Assembly: GCA_963817915.1 (NCBI GenBank)
Contig: CAWFQL010000012.1
Coordinates: forward strand, 512,001-576,000
Reading direction: 5' to 3'
DNA length: 64,000 bases
Source of the DNA: an uncultured candidate division Zixibacteria bacterium
GTDB taxonomy: Bacteria; Zixibacteria; MSB-5A5; UBA10806
Position numbers and translations under genes: made by a program. Under the pieces are notes generated by a model. That model made no database searches, was not told the origin of the DNA, and was given only the letters and a program-made list of their open reading frames with translations. Below are positions 51,423 through 60,951 of this stretch, one piece after another. Positions within the stretch are counted from its first letter, which is position 1; every line of letters begins with the position of its first letter.

Positions 51423-52538
51423 ATGAAGATAATTCAATCATCGAATATTCACATCGGGAAATGCTTCGAGAAGCAAGGCTTGGCCGGTAATAAGCTTAGG
51501 GCCGCAATCAAGAAGACATTTTCCGCAATTATCGATCTCGCGAGATCGGAATCAGCCGACCTGCTTTTGCTGTCCGGCGACCTTTTCGATTCCAACGATA
51601 TTTCGCAAAATCAGCTCGATTTCTTCATTTCGGAAGTCAAGCGGCTCGAACGAACCAAGGTCGCGCTTTTGCCCGGAACTAAGGATCATTACAAAACCGG
51701 CGGCTTTTGGGAGCAGTGGAATGCGCTCAATCCGGCCGCAAATTTATTGCTTATGACGAATATCGAATCCCCATATATAGAAATCCCTTCGATCTCCACT
51801 ACTCTATACGGAATTCCATGCATGGCAGAGACATCGCCAAGAAATCCATTGAAGAATCTCAAACGTACAGGGAAAAATAGATACCATGTCGCGATGGTAT
51901 ATGGGAATTTGATCGATGACAAAAATCCAGGCGGCAATATTTATCCTTTTACCCCCGATGATCTTATTGCAGGCGGATTCGATTATTATGCCTTGGGCGG
52001 CCAGTTGACTATGAGAGACTGTTCTTCGATCGGAATTCCCGCGGCCTATAGCGGATCGCCTGAAGCAATCTCGCCCGAGCTCGAGGGTGCAGGTAATGTT
52101 CTCATAGTCAAACTTGAAAGAGAAAATGTCACCATAGAGCCCAAAAAAGTTGGCAATATCTCATGGAAAGAAATCGAAATACAGATGAATGATGTCGCCA
52201 GTATTGATGATTTGAAAAGCAAAATCAACAAACTCAATGGCGATGGAGTACTGCTTAAAGTTACATTGAAAGGCCTCGTATTACTTGATGCCAATTTCAA
52301 TATCAAAGAACTTACCAACGAGCTTTCCGATAATTTCCTGAAATTGGAAATTATTGATAAAATGAGTGTTCTTCCCGATGATGTAGTCGAAGTTAAACTC
52401 CATGAGAAAACTATCATGGGTCAGTATCTTAAGATAATGGTCGAAAAAATGAAGACCGCCAAGGGTCCCGCCCGCACCAATCTCGAAGAGTCATTGAAGG
52501 TCGGCTACTCATTGCTTTCAGGAAAGGAGATCTGGTAA
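51423..52538 (+). CDS. Mre11/SbcD (YhaO)-like phosphoesterase fold with degenerate metal ligands
   Basis: SNIHIG, SGDLFD, PGTKD, ALGGQL, YSGSPE; adjacent to a Rad50-like ATPase. Confidence 0.8.
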   Translation: MKIIQSSNIHIGKCFEKQGLAGNKLRAAIKKTFSAIIDLARSESADLLLLSGDLFDSNDISQNQLDFFISEVKRLERTKVALLPGTKDHYKTGGFWEQWNALNPAANLLLMTNIESPYIEIPSISTTLYGIPCMAETSPRNPLKNLKRTGKNRYHVAMVYGNLIDDKNPGGNIYPFTPDDLIAGGFDYYALGGQLTMRDCSSIGIPAAYSGSPEAISPELEGAGNVLIVKLERENVTIEPKKVGNISWKEIEIQMNDVASIDDLKSKINKLNGDGVLLKVTLKGLVLLDANFNIKELTNELSDNFLKLEIIDKMSVLPDDVVEVKLHEKTIMGQYLKIMVEKMKTAKGPARTNLEESLKVGYSLLSGKEIW

Positions 52539-52539
52539 A

Positions 52540-54654
52540 ATGCAGATTTCCCAGCTATTCCTGAGAAATTTCGGCAAATTCGAAAATCTTTCAATCGATT
52601 TTACGCCGGGCCTGAATATAATCAAAGGTCCTAACGAAGCGGGTAAATCGACTTTGGCCGAAGCGGTGACTGCCGCCTTTTTCATGAATCCTGAAAAAAA
52701 TAGCGATCAGATAAAAAAGATTGTGAAGTGGCGTTGCGATGACGCTCCATCCCTCATGGCGGTTCTGAACACTGGTACAGACTCATTTAAGCTCATCAAG
52801 GATTTCAGCAAGGGCGTGACAGAATTGGTCGGGGATAAGGCCGCTTCAAAGGAAAAATCCGGCAAGGATGTCGATGATTGGCTTACAAGTCAATTGGGGA
52901 TGTCATCGGAAGAGATTTTTAAAGCAACCGCTTGCATAAATCAAGGGGAAATGAATCAGATAGAGGGGTCGATCGGGGCAATTCAGGGAAAACTCGAATC
53001 GCTCGTGACCGGCGGCAGGGAAGATGAAGCGGGCTCAATGATAATTGAAAAAATCGAGCAAAGAATTCGAGCTATAACCGGCCCGGACGGTGTGTCAGGA
53101 AAAGAGCTTGCGAGGATCAACGAGATCTCAAAAGATATCGATTATAATATCGAAAAGCTATCGCGGGATATCGCCACGCTCAGGACCAGGAGAGCCGATC
53201 TGATTCAGGTGGAAGTTGCTTATAAGAATGTCAAAGAGGACTTGCTGAAAAATAAAGATACTTTTGAAAAAAACAAAAAAGCCACGAAGCTCGAGCAGGA
53301 ATATCAGGCCAGGATCAAGGAATGCACCGATCTGGAAGCAAAGTCCGTAGAAGCCAAGGAATCGATCAAGAAGATAAAAGAATACCGCGATCGGCAGGCT
53401 CAAGCGAAAAAAATAGAATCTAAGGACATCAAGGAATTAGAAACAATTGAGACAAATCTTAATTATCTTCAGCCCAAAAAACGGGAATTAGAAGAGGATG
53501 TCAACGAGGCCACGCTTGATTATCATGCTTACCATATCGGAATAGTTTATTATGCCAGCACTGGAATTGGAATCCTTGGCAGTGTAGCGTCCGCGGTATT
53601 CTATTGGCTTAATGTTTTTAGCGGCATCGCCCCATACAGTCTGGCCTTATCGATCGGACTATTCGTATTGGGTGTCGTTGCTTGTATTTCCAGGAGACAG
53701 CATAGAGCCTATCTCAAAAACAATCTGGAAAAACAAAATCACAAGCTTGGGGAATTGGATTTCGAAATAAACCATCAAAGCGAATTGCTCAAGGATATAC
53801 TCAGAAAATACCTGGTATCATCGACTGACGATCTCAAGCGCAATCTCTGGCAAAATGACGAGCTTGAAAACCAGGTAGCGCGCGAAAAAGAACGTTACGA
53901 CAGCCTGATTCACAATTCCACTTCCGAGGAAATCGATAAAACTTTGGATCAATTAAACCAGCAGATTGCCAATATGGGAATCGAGCGCAAAGACCTTGTG
54001 CAATACGTCGTGGATGAATCAGAGGTAAATCGGCAGCAACTGATAATCGATCAATTTCAGGAGAGAATCAATGACCTCGAGCGAGAACGAGCTGTTCTAC
54101 GTAGCCAGATTGAGACCGCTGAAGGCGGCACGGAACTTTTATCAAGCTATATCGAAAGAAAGGCCGAGCTAAAATCGCGCGCCGAGGATTTATTGCATGA
54201 AGTGGCCATATTAGGGCTAACAGTCCAATGTGTAACCGAAGCCAGGCAGAATGTTTTGGTTTCGACTCTCGAAGTGCTAAATGGCAGAACATCCGAAATT
54301 CTCGGTAGGCTGACGTCGGGAAAATATTCCAAAGTTCGTTTTGACAAATCAAATCTCAAGTTCGAAGTCTATTCGGAAGACAAAAAGGAATGGGTCGACC
54401 CTGAATCCGAGTTGTCGGCTGGCACAGTAGATCAGATTTATCTTGCCGCACGGCTGGCATTGGCCGATCTGATTTCCGAAGACAGATATCCGGTCATGAT
54501 TTTGGATGATCCATTTGTCAATTATGACGGCGAACGGCTGGAAAACGCCATGAAAATAATCAAAGAGATGTCTCAGAATCACCAAATTCTCCTGCTAACC
54601 AGCCAGGATAATTTCGACAAATGGGCTGATTCAACAATAGTTCTTCCCAAATAA
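52540..54654 (+). CDS. YhaN-like SMC/Rad50-family ATPase with central hydrophobic hairpin
   Basis: Walker A GPNEAGKST, long coiled coils, two TM-like helices, signature LSAGT, Walker B ILDDP. Confidence 0.85.
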   Translation: MQISQLFLRNFGKFENLSIDFTPGLNIIKGPNEAGKSTLAEAVTAAFFMNPEKNSDQIKKIVKWRCDDAPSLMAVLNTGTDSFKLIKDFSKGVTELVGDKAASKEKSGKDVDDWLTSQLGMSSEEIFKATACINQGEMNQIEGSIGAIQGKLESLVTGGREDEAGSMIIEKIEQRIRAITGPDGVSGKELARINEISKDIDYNIEKLSRDIATLRTRRADLIQVEVAYKNVKEDLLKNKDTFEKNKKATKLEQEYQARIKECTDLEAKSVEAKESIKKIKEYRDRQAQAKKIESKDIKELETIETNLNYLQPKKRELEEDVNEATLDYHAYHIGIVYYASTGIGILGSVASAVFYWLNVFSGIAPYSLALSIGLFVLGVVACISRRQHRAYLKNNLEKQNHKLGELDFEINHQSELLKDILRKYLVSSTDDLKRNLWQNDELENQVAREKERYDSLIHNSTSEEIDKTLDQLNQQIANMGIERKDLVQYVVDESEVNRQQLIIDQFQERINDLERERAVLRSQIETAEGGTELLSSYIERKAELKSRAEDLLHEVAILGLTVQCVTEARQNVLVSTLEVLNGRTSEILGRLTSGKYSKVRFDKSNLKFEVYSEDKKEWVDPESELSAGTVDQIYLAARLALADLISEDRYPVMILDDPFVNYDGERLENAMKIIKEMSQNHQILLLTSQDNFDKWADSTIVLPK

Positions 54655-54737
54655 TAGTCATAAATCAATTCCCCCAAAAACCTTTTATAAAAATCTCTTG
54701 ATTTCAATGCTATAACCCTTTTTTATATAATTGCCAT

Positions 54738-55232
54738 ATGGAAAATCTATGGGCGGCCTGGCGCCGCGATTTCATTTTGGGCCCCAAAGAGAATGGATGC
54801 GTATTCTGCAAAAGATTGAAGCAGCATACTGACCGCGACAATCTGATACTTTTCAGGGCTCGTAAAACCTTTGTAATTATGAACCGCTATCCGTACAATG
54901 GCGGCCATCTATTAATCGCGCCCAAAGCCCATAAGGCTGATATACAAAAACTGACCCCATCCGAATCCGCCGAAATGTTCGAGCTTTCTCGAATCGCCAT
55001 TGGCATGCTTAAAAAGATAATGCCGGCCGACGGATTCAATCTGGGAATGAATTTAGGTGAAATCGCCGGGGCAGGCATCGCCGATCATCTTCATGTGCAT
55101 GTAGTGCCTCGTTTCAACGGTGATACCAATTTCATGCCGGTTGTAGGCGATACCAAAGTGCAGTCTTTATCGCTTTACGATATCTACGACATGCTGAAGC
55201 CGAAATTCGATTCCATCAGAGGGAAATTTTGA
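54738..55232 (+). CDS. HIT family protein (Ap4A phosphorylase-like)
   Basis: LWAAWR, CVFC, NRYPYNGGH, GFNLGMN, HLHVHVVPR, DTNFM. Confidence 0.9.
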   Translation: MENLWAAWRRDFILGPKENGCVFCKRLKQHTDRDNLILFRARKTFVIMNRYPYNGGHLLIAPKAHKADIQKLTPSESAEMFELSRIAIGMLKKIMPADGFNLGMNLGEIAGAGIADHLHVHVVPRFNGDTNFMPVVGDTKVQSLSLYDIYDMLKPKFDSIRGKF

Positions 55233-56827
55233 AGATTCCCAAAAAGAAAGAACTGCTTCAACTTCAAAAAAAATACCGCACTGATAAAAAGATCGGCGAG
55301 GTTTATGGCGTACCCGCGAGACTGGTAGCTTATTGGCGTTCGAAGAAGAAAATAGGCCCGTATTCTTTCCCGAAATATTCCGAAGACAAAATTATGGATA
55401 TTTGGGAAAGGTTCGGTGATGATGCCCGCGCCGGAACCGAATTGGGAATCTCCAAGGCCGGATTCAGGCAATGGCGCCGGAAATATGACATCATAGACAA
55501 GCCGATTCAGTTAAGGCTCGAGCAGCTCGAGCTCCCTTTGACCGATATATCAAAAAAGAAAAATTCGCGAAAAGAAACCATTGTCCAGCGAATCCTTGCC
55601 AGGAAGGCAGGATTGAAACGAGCCGACGTCGGCCAATTTATCGAAATCGAGCCAGACCTCGCGATTTCCAACAATAACGCCATCGATGTTATCAATCAGA
55701 TGGCGTCACTTGGCACTGATAGAATATGGGATCCATCAAAGATCGCGATTGTCCTTGATCATAGAACGACCAGCGAATCCAACGGTTCGATTCATAAATA
55801 TAAAACCGCTCGGGAATTTGCCAAAAAGCATCGAATCAGGAATTTCTTCGATCTCGGAGAGGGAATGTGTCATCATCTTGTCCTCGAACAGGGCCTCGTG
55901 CTTCCCGGACATACTATACTGGGGACCGAAACCTACGCGACCACCTATGGCTGTATCGGGGCATTTTCCGCCAAAATCGATGTCTTAGAAATGGCGGCAT
56001 TATGGGCGACAGGCAGGATATGGCTCAGGGTCCCGGAAACCATGAAGATCGTATTAAAGGGACATTTGAACAGGGGAGTATTCGCGAAAGATATTATTCT
56101 GAATCTAATTCGCGATATTCCGGTCAGCGATGTTGATTATAGGGCGATTGAATTCTCCGGCCCCGCCATTCAAGCGATGTCAATGGCTGATCGTTCAATC
56201 TTGACAAGTATGGCCTCCGAAATGAAGGCGAAATCTGCGATCATTTCAATCGATGAGATGGCATCGAGATATATGAAGAAAATTACAAAGATGAAATTCT
56301 GGCCGATAACGCCTGATCCCGATGCCGCCTATAGCCATGAAATCGAATTTGATATTTCCTATCTGACTCCGCAGATCGCCTGCCATGCCGGGGCCAACAA
56401 TACACGTCCTATCGAGGAAATGGTTGGCAAAAAAATTGACCAGGTAATATTGGGCAGTTGTATCAATGGGAAAATCGAGGATCTCGAAATCGCCGCCGGT
56501 ATTTTAAAAGGACGAAAAATCAATCGCGAATTGCGGATGACAATTGTACCGGGTTCGAGAAAGACATACCTCGAGGCTCTCGAAAAGGGGTTGATCAAGA
56601 TATTCGTTGAATCCGGCTGCGCGGTTGCGTATCCCGGACTCGATTCGTATTCGGGAGTCGATGATAGCATCCTATCTTCCGGGGATAAAATAATGACTAC
56701 GACCGGTTATCAAACCGATATCGAAAATGATAACGTTAATTCCGAGATATTTATTGCCTCCCCGGCAACCACGGCAGCCTCGGCGCTCGAAGGTATAATT
56801 GCCGACCCGAGGAAATATATCAAATGA
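55229..56827 (+). CDS. Tandem-HTH fused LeuC/HacA-like aconitase-family large subunit, catalytically degenerate
   Basis: Two HTH-like units (aa about 18-42 and 64-88), then ETIVQRILA, VLDH, GMCH, ATGRIWLRVPET, AKDIIL, GSCING, ASPATTAASA. Confidence 0.85.
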   Translation: MKIPKKKELLQLQKKYRTDKKIGEVYGVPARLVAYWRSKKKIGPYSFPKYSEDKIMDIWERFGDDARAGTELGISKAGFRQWRRKYDIIDKPIQLRLEQLELPLTDISKKKNSRKETIVQRILARKAGLKRADVGQFIEIEPDLAISNNNAIDVINQMASLGTDRIWDPSKIAIVLDHRTTSESNGSIHKYKTAREFAKKHRIRNFFDLGEGMCHHLVLEQGLVLPGHTILGTETYATTYGCIGAFSAKIDVLEMAALWATGRIWLRVPETMKIVLKGHLNRGVFAKDIILNLIRDIPVSDVDYRAIEFSGPAIQAMSMADRSILTSMASEMKAKSAIISIDEMASRYMKKITKMKFWPITPDPDAAYSHEIEFDISYLTPQIACHAGANNTRPIEEMVGKKIDQVILGSCINGKIEDLEIAAGILKGRKINRELRMTIVPGSRKTYLEALEKGLIKIFVESGCAVAYPGLDSYSGVDDSILSSGDKIMTTTGYQTDIENDNVNSEIFIASPATTAASALEGIIADPRKYIK

Positions 56828-57318
56828 AACGAACGATTGAAGCCACTGCGCAGCGACTGAGCGACAATATCCAATGCAAAACGATCCTTGCCGAAAAATA
56901 TTGGCTGAATAGCTCGATTTCTGAGATTACGCAACATCTCTTTGAGGGCTATGCAGTCAAACATCCGCCTCGAATCGCGGAAGGCGATGTTATTGTAGCC
57001 GGGAATAATTTTGGAAGCGGAGTATTTCACGCCAATACGGTTAACGGACTCAAGGCTTTAAAGGTATCGTGCATAATCGCATCTTCCATTAATCGTATTT
57101 TCTTCCGCAATGCCATAAATATCGGCCTGCCGCTGGTTATCAACAATCAGGCCTATGATAAAATCGAATCCGGCGAATTAATAAAGATTGATTTTGAAAA
57201 GGGAGTAATATCGTGCAAAAAAGGCTCGCTTTTATTTCCACCATATCCGGATTTCATGCTAAGGTTCCTCAGTGCCGGCGGCCTGATTGGATACGCAAAA
57301 AAGAAAATAGGCGCTTAG
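56824..57318 (+). CDS. LeuD/HacB-like small subunit, catalytically degenerate
   Basis: VAGNNFGSG, RIFFRNAINIGLP, AGGLI; ATGA overlap with the large subunit gene. Confidence 0.85.
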   Translation: MKRTIEATAQRLSDNIQCKTILAEKYWLNSSISEITQHLFEGYAVKHPPRIAEGDVIVAGNNFGSGVFHANTVNGLKALKVSCIIASSINRIFFRNAINIGLPLVINNQAYDKIESGELIKIDFEKGVISCKKGSLLFPPYPDFMLRFLSAGGLIGYAKKKIGA

Positions 57319-57344
57319 AAAAATAAATTTGATCGAATAATAAC

Positions 57345-57373
57345 AAAAAAGGGCGAAAACATTCGCCCTTTTT
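57345..57373. terminator. Bidirectional terminator
   Basis: AAAAAAGGGCGAA-AACA-TTCGCCCTTTTT between convergent genes. Confidence 0.8.
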
Positions 57374-57393
57374 ATTAGAAACCTTTATCGCTT

Positions 57394-58467
57394 CTACTTC
57401 AATAATGTCATCCTCATCGTGTGAACATCCTTACCGTCGGTTATGCGATAGAAATATATTCCCGACGATACGGCATTCCCGCTATTATCGGTACCGTTCC
57501 AGGTAACCGAGTAGGAGCCTTTTTCCAATGAACTATTGACAAGATCCTTTATCAGCGAGCCGGTGATATTATAAACCGCAAGGTTTACATCTCCGCCAGC
57601 TGATTGGAAATTAATCTTGGTTTCAGCATTGAATGGATTCGGATAATTCTGGCTTAATGTAAAGTTGTCGGGCAGGGATGGAATTTCGACTATGCCCGTA
57701 GGCTGCCGAAGATCTGATACCGGTATTTTTGCGCCCTGAACAATGTGCTTGGCACCAGTTCCGGTTTGGTCGGACTGAACAAAGGCAATCAACTCGCAGC
57801 TATCGGCTACAATAGGACTCGGCGTGGTGAAACTGACTGCAAAGGTCGTATCATCGCCGGCATTAAGCGTGATTGCCAGGCCATTGGTGCCGGGAAACAT
57901 ATCTCTGAAGACGCTTTGGTGCCAATCTCTGCCATAAATTCCATTGTAATATATACCGGATTCGGTGAGAGCTATTCTCAATTTTAGGGAAGTATACCCG
58001 GGGGCTTCTTCCGCGACAATTCTAACCGAAACGACTCCCCTTAGGGAATCACGATCGAATGTGCCGGACAGTTGCATGAATAATGGCGAAGGAATCAGGC
58101 TTTCAGTTTCGATTCGTGTTTCATACTGCCCATAACTACTCGGAATGATGTTGCCATCAATCCTCATATAGGGGACATATGGAACGTTGTAATAGTTTTG
58201 AGTGCGAGTACGACAATCTGACATGTTGTAAAGCCAGAACATGTCATTGCCGGGGCTCGGCCACCACACATGGTAATTGATGAGCGCAAGAATATCTGCT
58301 TGCTCAATACGCAACCGATCTAAGACCAGATCGGCGGATGGACAATTGGGTCACGTAGTGCTGGTAAAATTTTCGCCAACCACCATTCTATCGGCGGCGA
58401 CGACGATGCTGCTCATACTAATTAGCGCTATGGCCATTAGCATCACAAATTTTTTCGCAACTGACAT
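57394..58467 (-). CDS. Omp28-like thioredoxin-fold secreted selenoprotein (Sec39, UxxC) with FlgD/T9SS-type C-terminal domain
   Basis: AAAGGAGG RBS, ATG 58467, signal peptide, GENFTSTT-TGA(58353-58351)-PNC in frame with track ORF 57394-58314; YHVWWP, C-terminal LSQNYPNPFN...SSGIYFYRI...MTLLK. Confidence 0.85.
58315..58334 (-). promoter_or_regulatory. Bacterial SECIS-like hairpin
   Basis: CCGATCT-GGTCTT-AGATCGG starting 16 nt after the UGA; G-led loop containing GGTCT. Confidence 0.75.
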
Positions 58468-58660
58468 TAAGCCTCCTTTGGTGTCAATTTAGGGTTAATA
58501 TAACTTCTTTTCGGTTTTTTGCAACAATAAACATTTGCCCTTGTCAACTTCACATTCTTTAACTTGCTGTCTTTCAATGGCATAGCCGGATTTTTAAATA
58601 TCGCTCCGTCATTCATTTTTACGGTTTAGGGTAAGATCATCCAATATTTTATCGCCATAT

Positions 58661-60109
58661 CTAAAATCTCGAAAAAACGGTGACTCTTGTTCCTCGAAAT
58701 GTCGCTCTCACCTGGCAGACTCCGGACGAGCAGAGCAATCCGCCTCGTTCACCACCATGGAAAACGATTAGCTCATGGGATTTAAATCTAAGGGTGGCTT
58801 CGACATATGCCATTTTCTTGGAATCACTTGAATACTTATTATTCGATTTTGATCCGCCGAAATTGATTTGAAACAAACTTCCCCGCGAATAGCCCAATAT
58901 AGCGTAATCCTCATGATATGATGGCAATTCATTTGGCCAGAATCGTCTCGAATAAAGTGTTGCCGATACTGTTTGTTTTTCATCGAGATAGTAATATCCG
59001 TCAAAGTACGTTTCGATTTCTCTTCCTTCGGGGACATTCGGCGAAGAATCAAAACGGTCCCAGTGAAAATTGATCGTAGTTTTCGAAATCGGACTCCATC
59101 GCACACCGACAAATTTTTCCGCGAGATATTCATGTAGGGAATCTCTTGAATAGGCTTCCGAAAACGCCAGATCGAAAGTGAGATCGTAGTTAGGGGAGAT
59201 TAAAGTGCCGATCTGATACCCGTATTCGCTTAGTGTGCCCTTAAGCGAGGCCAGCGATCTTCCCTGATGACTGACCGGAGGCGGCAAATTAAACGATGAT
59301 ATCCCCAGGAAACCGGGATACAGCAGGCGGAAATAGTTTTTATACTCGCCGTAGATATTGAAAACTCCCTGATTCACTGAACTCGTGAAGTAGATGCCGT
59401 CGCCTGATATGGGATTGCCGAATTCATCGACTCCTTTTTTCATCGCGTATTCCGCATAAATATCAAAAGGTCCATAGGTGAATCCTGAGTTAAATGCCGT
59501 CAGGTTTATATTGGCGGCTTTTTCAGAGGCAACAATATTGTTTTGTTTGAAGCGCACATAGGAGAATCCGGCCTTAACAGGCGCGATGGGTTTTATGGCT
59601 CCCCTTGCGCCCCGGATAATAAATTCTCTTTCGCCGGTCAGCGAATTTAGGGCTCTTGCCGATAAAGCATCGAATTCATAGTGGTCGTAAAGCCCGGAGA
59701 ATTTGACGCCATCGAGGTTGTTATCGAAATTAACAACATCGTCGAGGAAGGCGTTAAGGGTAAGGCCCCTGTCGAATGCCTGATAAAAATTGCCAAGGTG
59801 AACAGTCAATCCGCCGTCATGCCATCCGAAATATCTCTGAACTGTTTTTTCATAGGACATATCCGGTTTGTAAGGCTCCAATACTCTTAGCCAGGTTCCG
59901 GCATAGAAATCACCAAGATTGAAATCGACATTAAAGCGATTATCAAGCGAGTCTTCTCGAGTATCCCCATGATGCCAGTACTGCATCCAATTGGCCGCGG
60001 AAACGGTCCAAACATTGCTCTGGGCAAGGCTCGAAGCGGGCGCTAGTAGCCATTCTGCCGCAAAGACCGCCAATATCGCCGCGGCGTAAAGAAGATATTT
60101 ATGCCGCAT
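58661..60109 (-). CDS. DUF6029-like outer-membrane beta-barrel protein
   Basis: Signal peptide, GNFYQAFDRGLTL, amphipathic strands, C-terminal GGERGGLLCSSGVC and terminal Phe. Confidence 0.72.
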   Translation of the reverse strand: MRHKYLLYAAAILAVFAAEWLLAPASSLAQSNVWTVSAANWMQYWHHGDTREDSLDNRFNVDFNLGDFYAGTWLRVLEPYKPDMSYEKTVQRYFGWHDGGLTVHLGNFYQAFDRGLTLNAFLDDVVNFDNNLDGVKFSGLYDHYEFDALSARALNSLTGEREFIIRGARGAIKPIAPVKAGFSYVRFKQNNIVASEKAANINLTAFNSGFTYGPFDIYAEYAMKKGVDEFGNPISGDGIYFTSSVNQGVFNIYGEYKNYFRLLYPGFLGISSFNLPPPVSHQGRSLASLKGTLSEYGYQIGTLISPNYDLTFDLAFSEAYSRDSLHEYLAEKFVGVRWSPISKTTINFHWDRFDSSPNVPEGREIETYFDGYYYLDEKQTVSATLYSRRFWPNELPSYHEDYAILGYSRGSLFQINFGGSKSNNKYSSDSKKMAYVEATLRFKSHELIVFHGGERGGLLCSSGVCQVRATFRGTRVTVFSRF

Positions 60110-60652
60110 TTATTTCCCCAGGTCCGACTTGGTAGTATCAGCGGTCAGGGAAACAAGATTGTCCTTGATTAACTTTTCAACCGCAACTTCGTCGCCGGGC
60201 TTGAATCCCACCGATGAAAAAATGATTTTGCCCTGCGGATCGGTAAGCACTGAATATGGGGTCGCGAAACCCTTGAATTTACGTCTGAAGACTTCGCCGT
60301 CATTATCGAATAAAACATTGAATGTCCAGCCACTTGATTTTACGAAGGCTTTTGCTTTCCCATAGGCCTTAGGTCCTTCGCTATTGATAGCATATACAAT
60401 AAATCCCTGGTCTTTGTATTTTTCATAGAGTTTTTCAACAATCTTGAGCTCTTCGACACAGGGCTTGCACCATGTCATCCAGAATGAAATGTAGATAGGA
60501 CCTTTTCTGAAGTTATCCGATAACTTTACGATTTTGCCATCGATATCGGGCAAAGTGAAATCGGGCACCATCTTTGTCTTAAACTCCTGGCCGTAGGCCA
60601 CTGAGCCTATTAGCAGCGCCATAACCACACAAATTGCAGTCGATAATCTCAT
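60110..60652 (-). CDS. TlpA-family thiol-disulfide oxidoreductase
   Basis: Signal peptide, PDFTL, FWMTWCKPC, ATP cis-Pro loop. Confidence 0.9.
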   Translation of the reverse strand: MRLSTAICVVMALLIGSVAYGQEFKTKMVPDFTLPDIDGKIVKLSDNFRKGPIYISFWMTWCKPCVEELKIVEKLYEKYKDQGFIVYAINSEGPKAYGKAKAFVKSSGWTFNVLFDNDGEVFRRKFKGFATPYSVLTDPQGKIIFSSVGFKPGDEVAVEKLIKDNLVSLTADTTKSDLGK

Positions 60653-60896
60653 GTCATCTCCTGTTTGCTTATAAATATTAAGTTAATGTTTCCAATTTGA
60701 TAATTAATGATTCAACAATTAATTGAATTTCTTATGAACGTGTTTGGTTGTAGATTAGACATTGGCGGAATAATCTTCTTCATCTTGGTAATAGTTTAAT
60801 ATTATATAGCTAATTGTCAATTGAATTTTGATGATTTGGCTTACTCAGATAAGATGGCTATAAAGACCGTTTAGGTCACTTTCAATAGTCCTGCCA

Positions 60897-60935
60897 TAAA
60901 AAAAAACGCCGACGTATCGACGCGTCGGCGGTTTT
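60897..60935 (-). terminator. Rho-independent terminator
   Basis: CGCCGACG/CGTCGGCG stem with long T run on the minus strand. Confidence 0.75.
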
Positions 60936-60951
60936 ACTTTGATTGATTTTT

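Noticed and set aside
55229..57318. Functional leuC/leuD annotation
   Set aside because: Two Fe-S cysteines and the catalytic motifs are missing in the two subunits, so symbols were withheld.
57394..58314. Track start at TTG 58314, or a nonsense pseudogene
   Set aside because: That start lacks signal peptide and RBS; the TGA position and downstream hairpin fit Sec recoding better.
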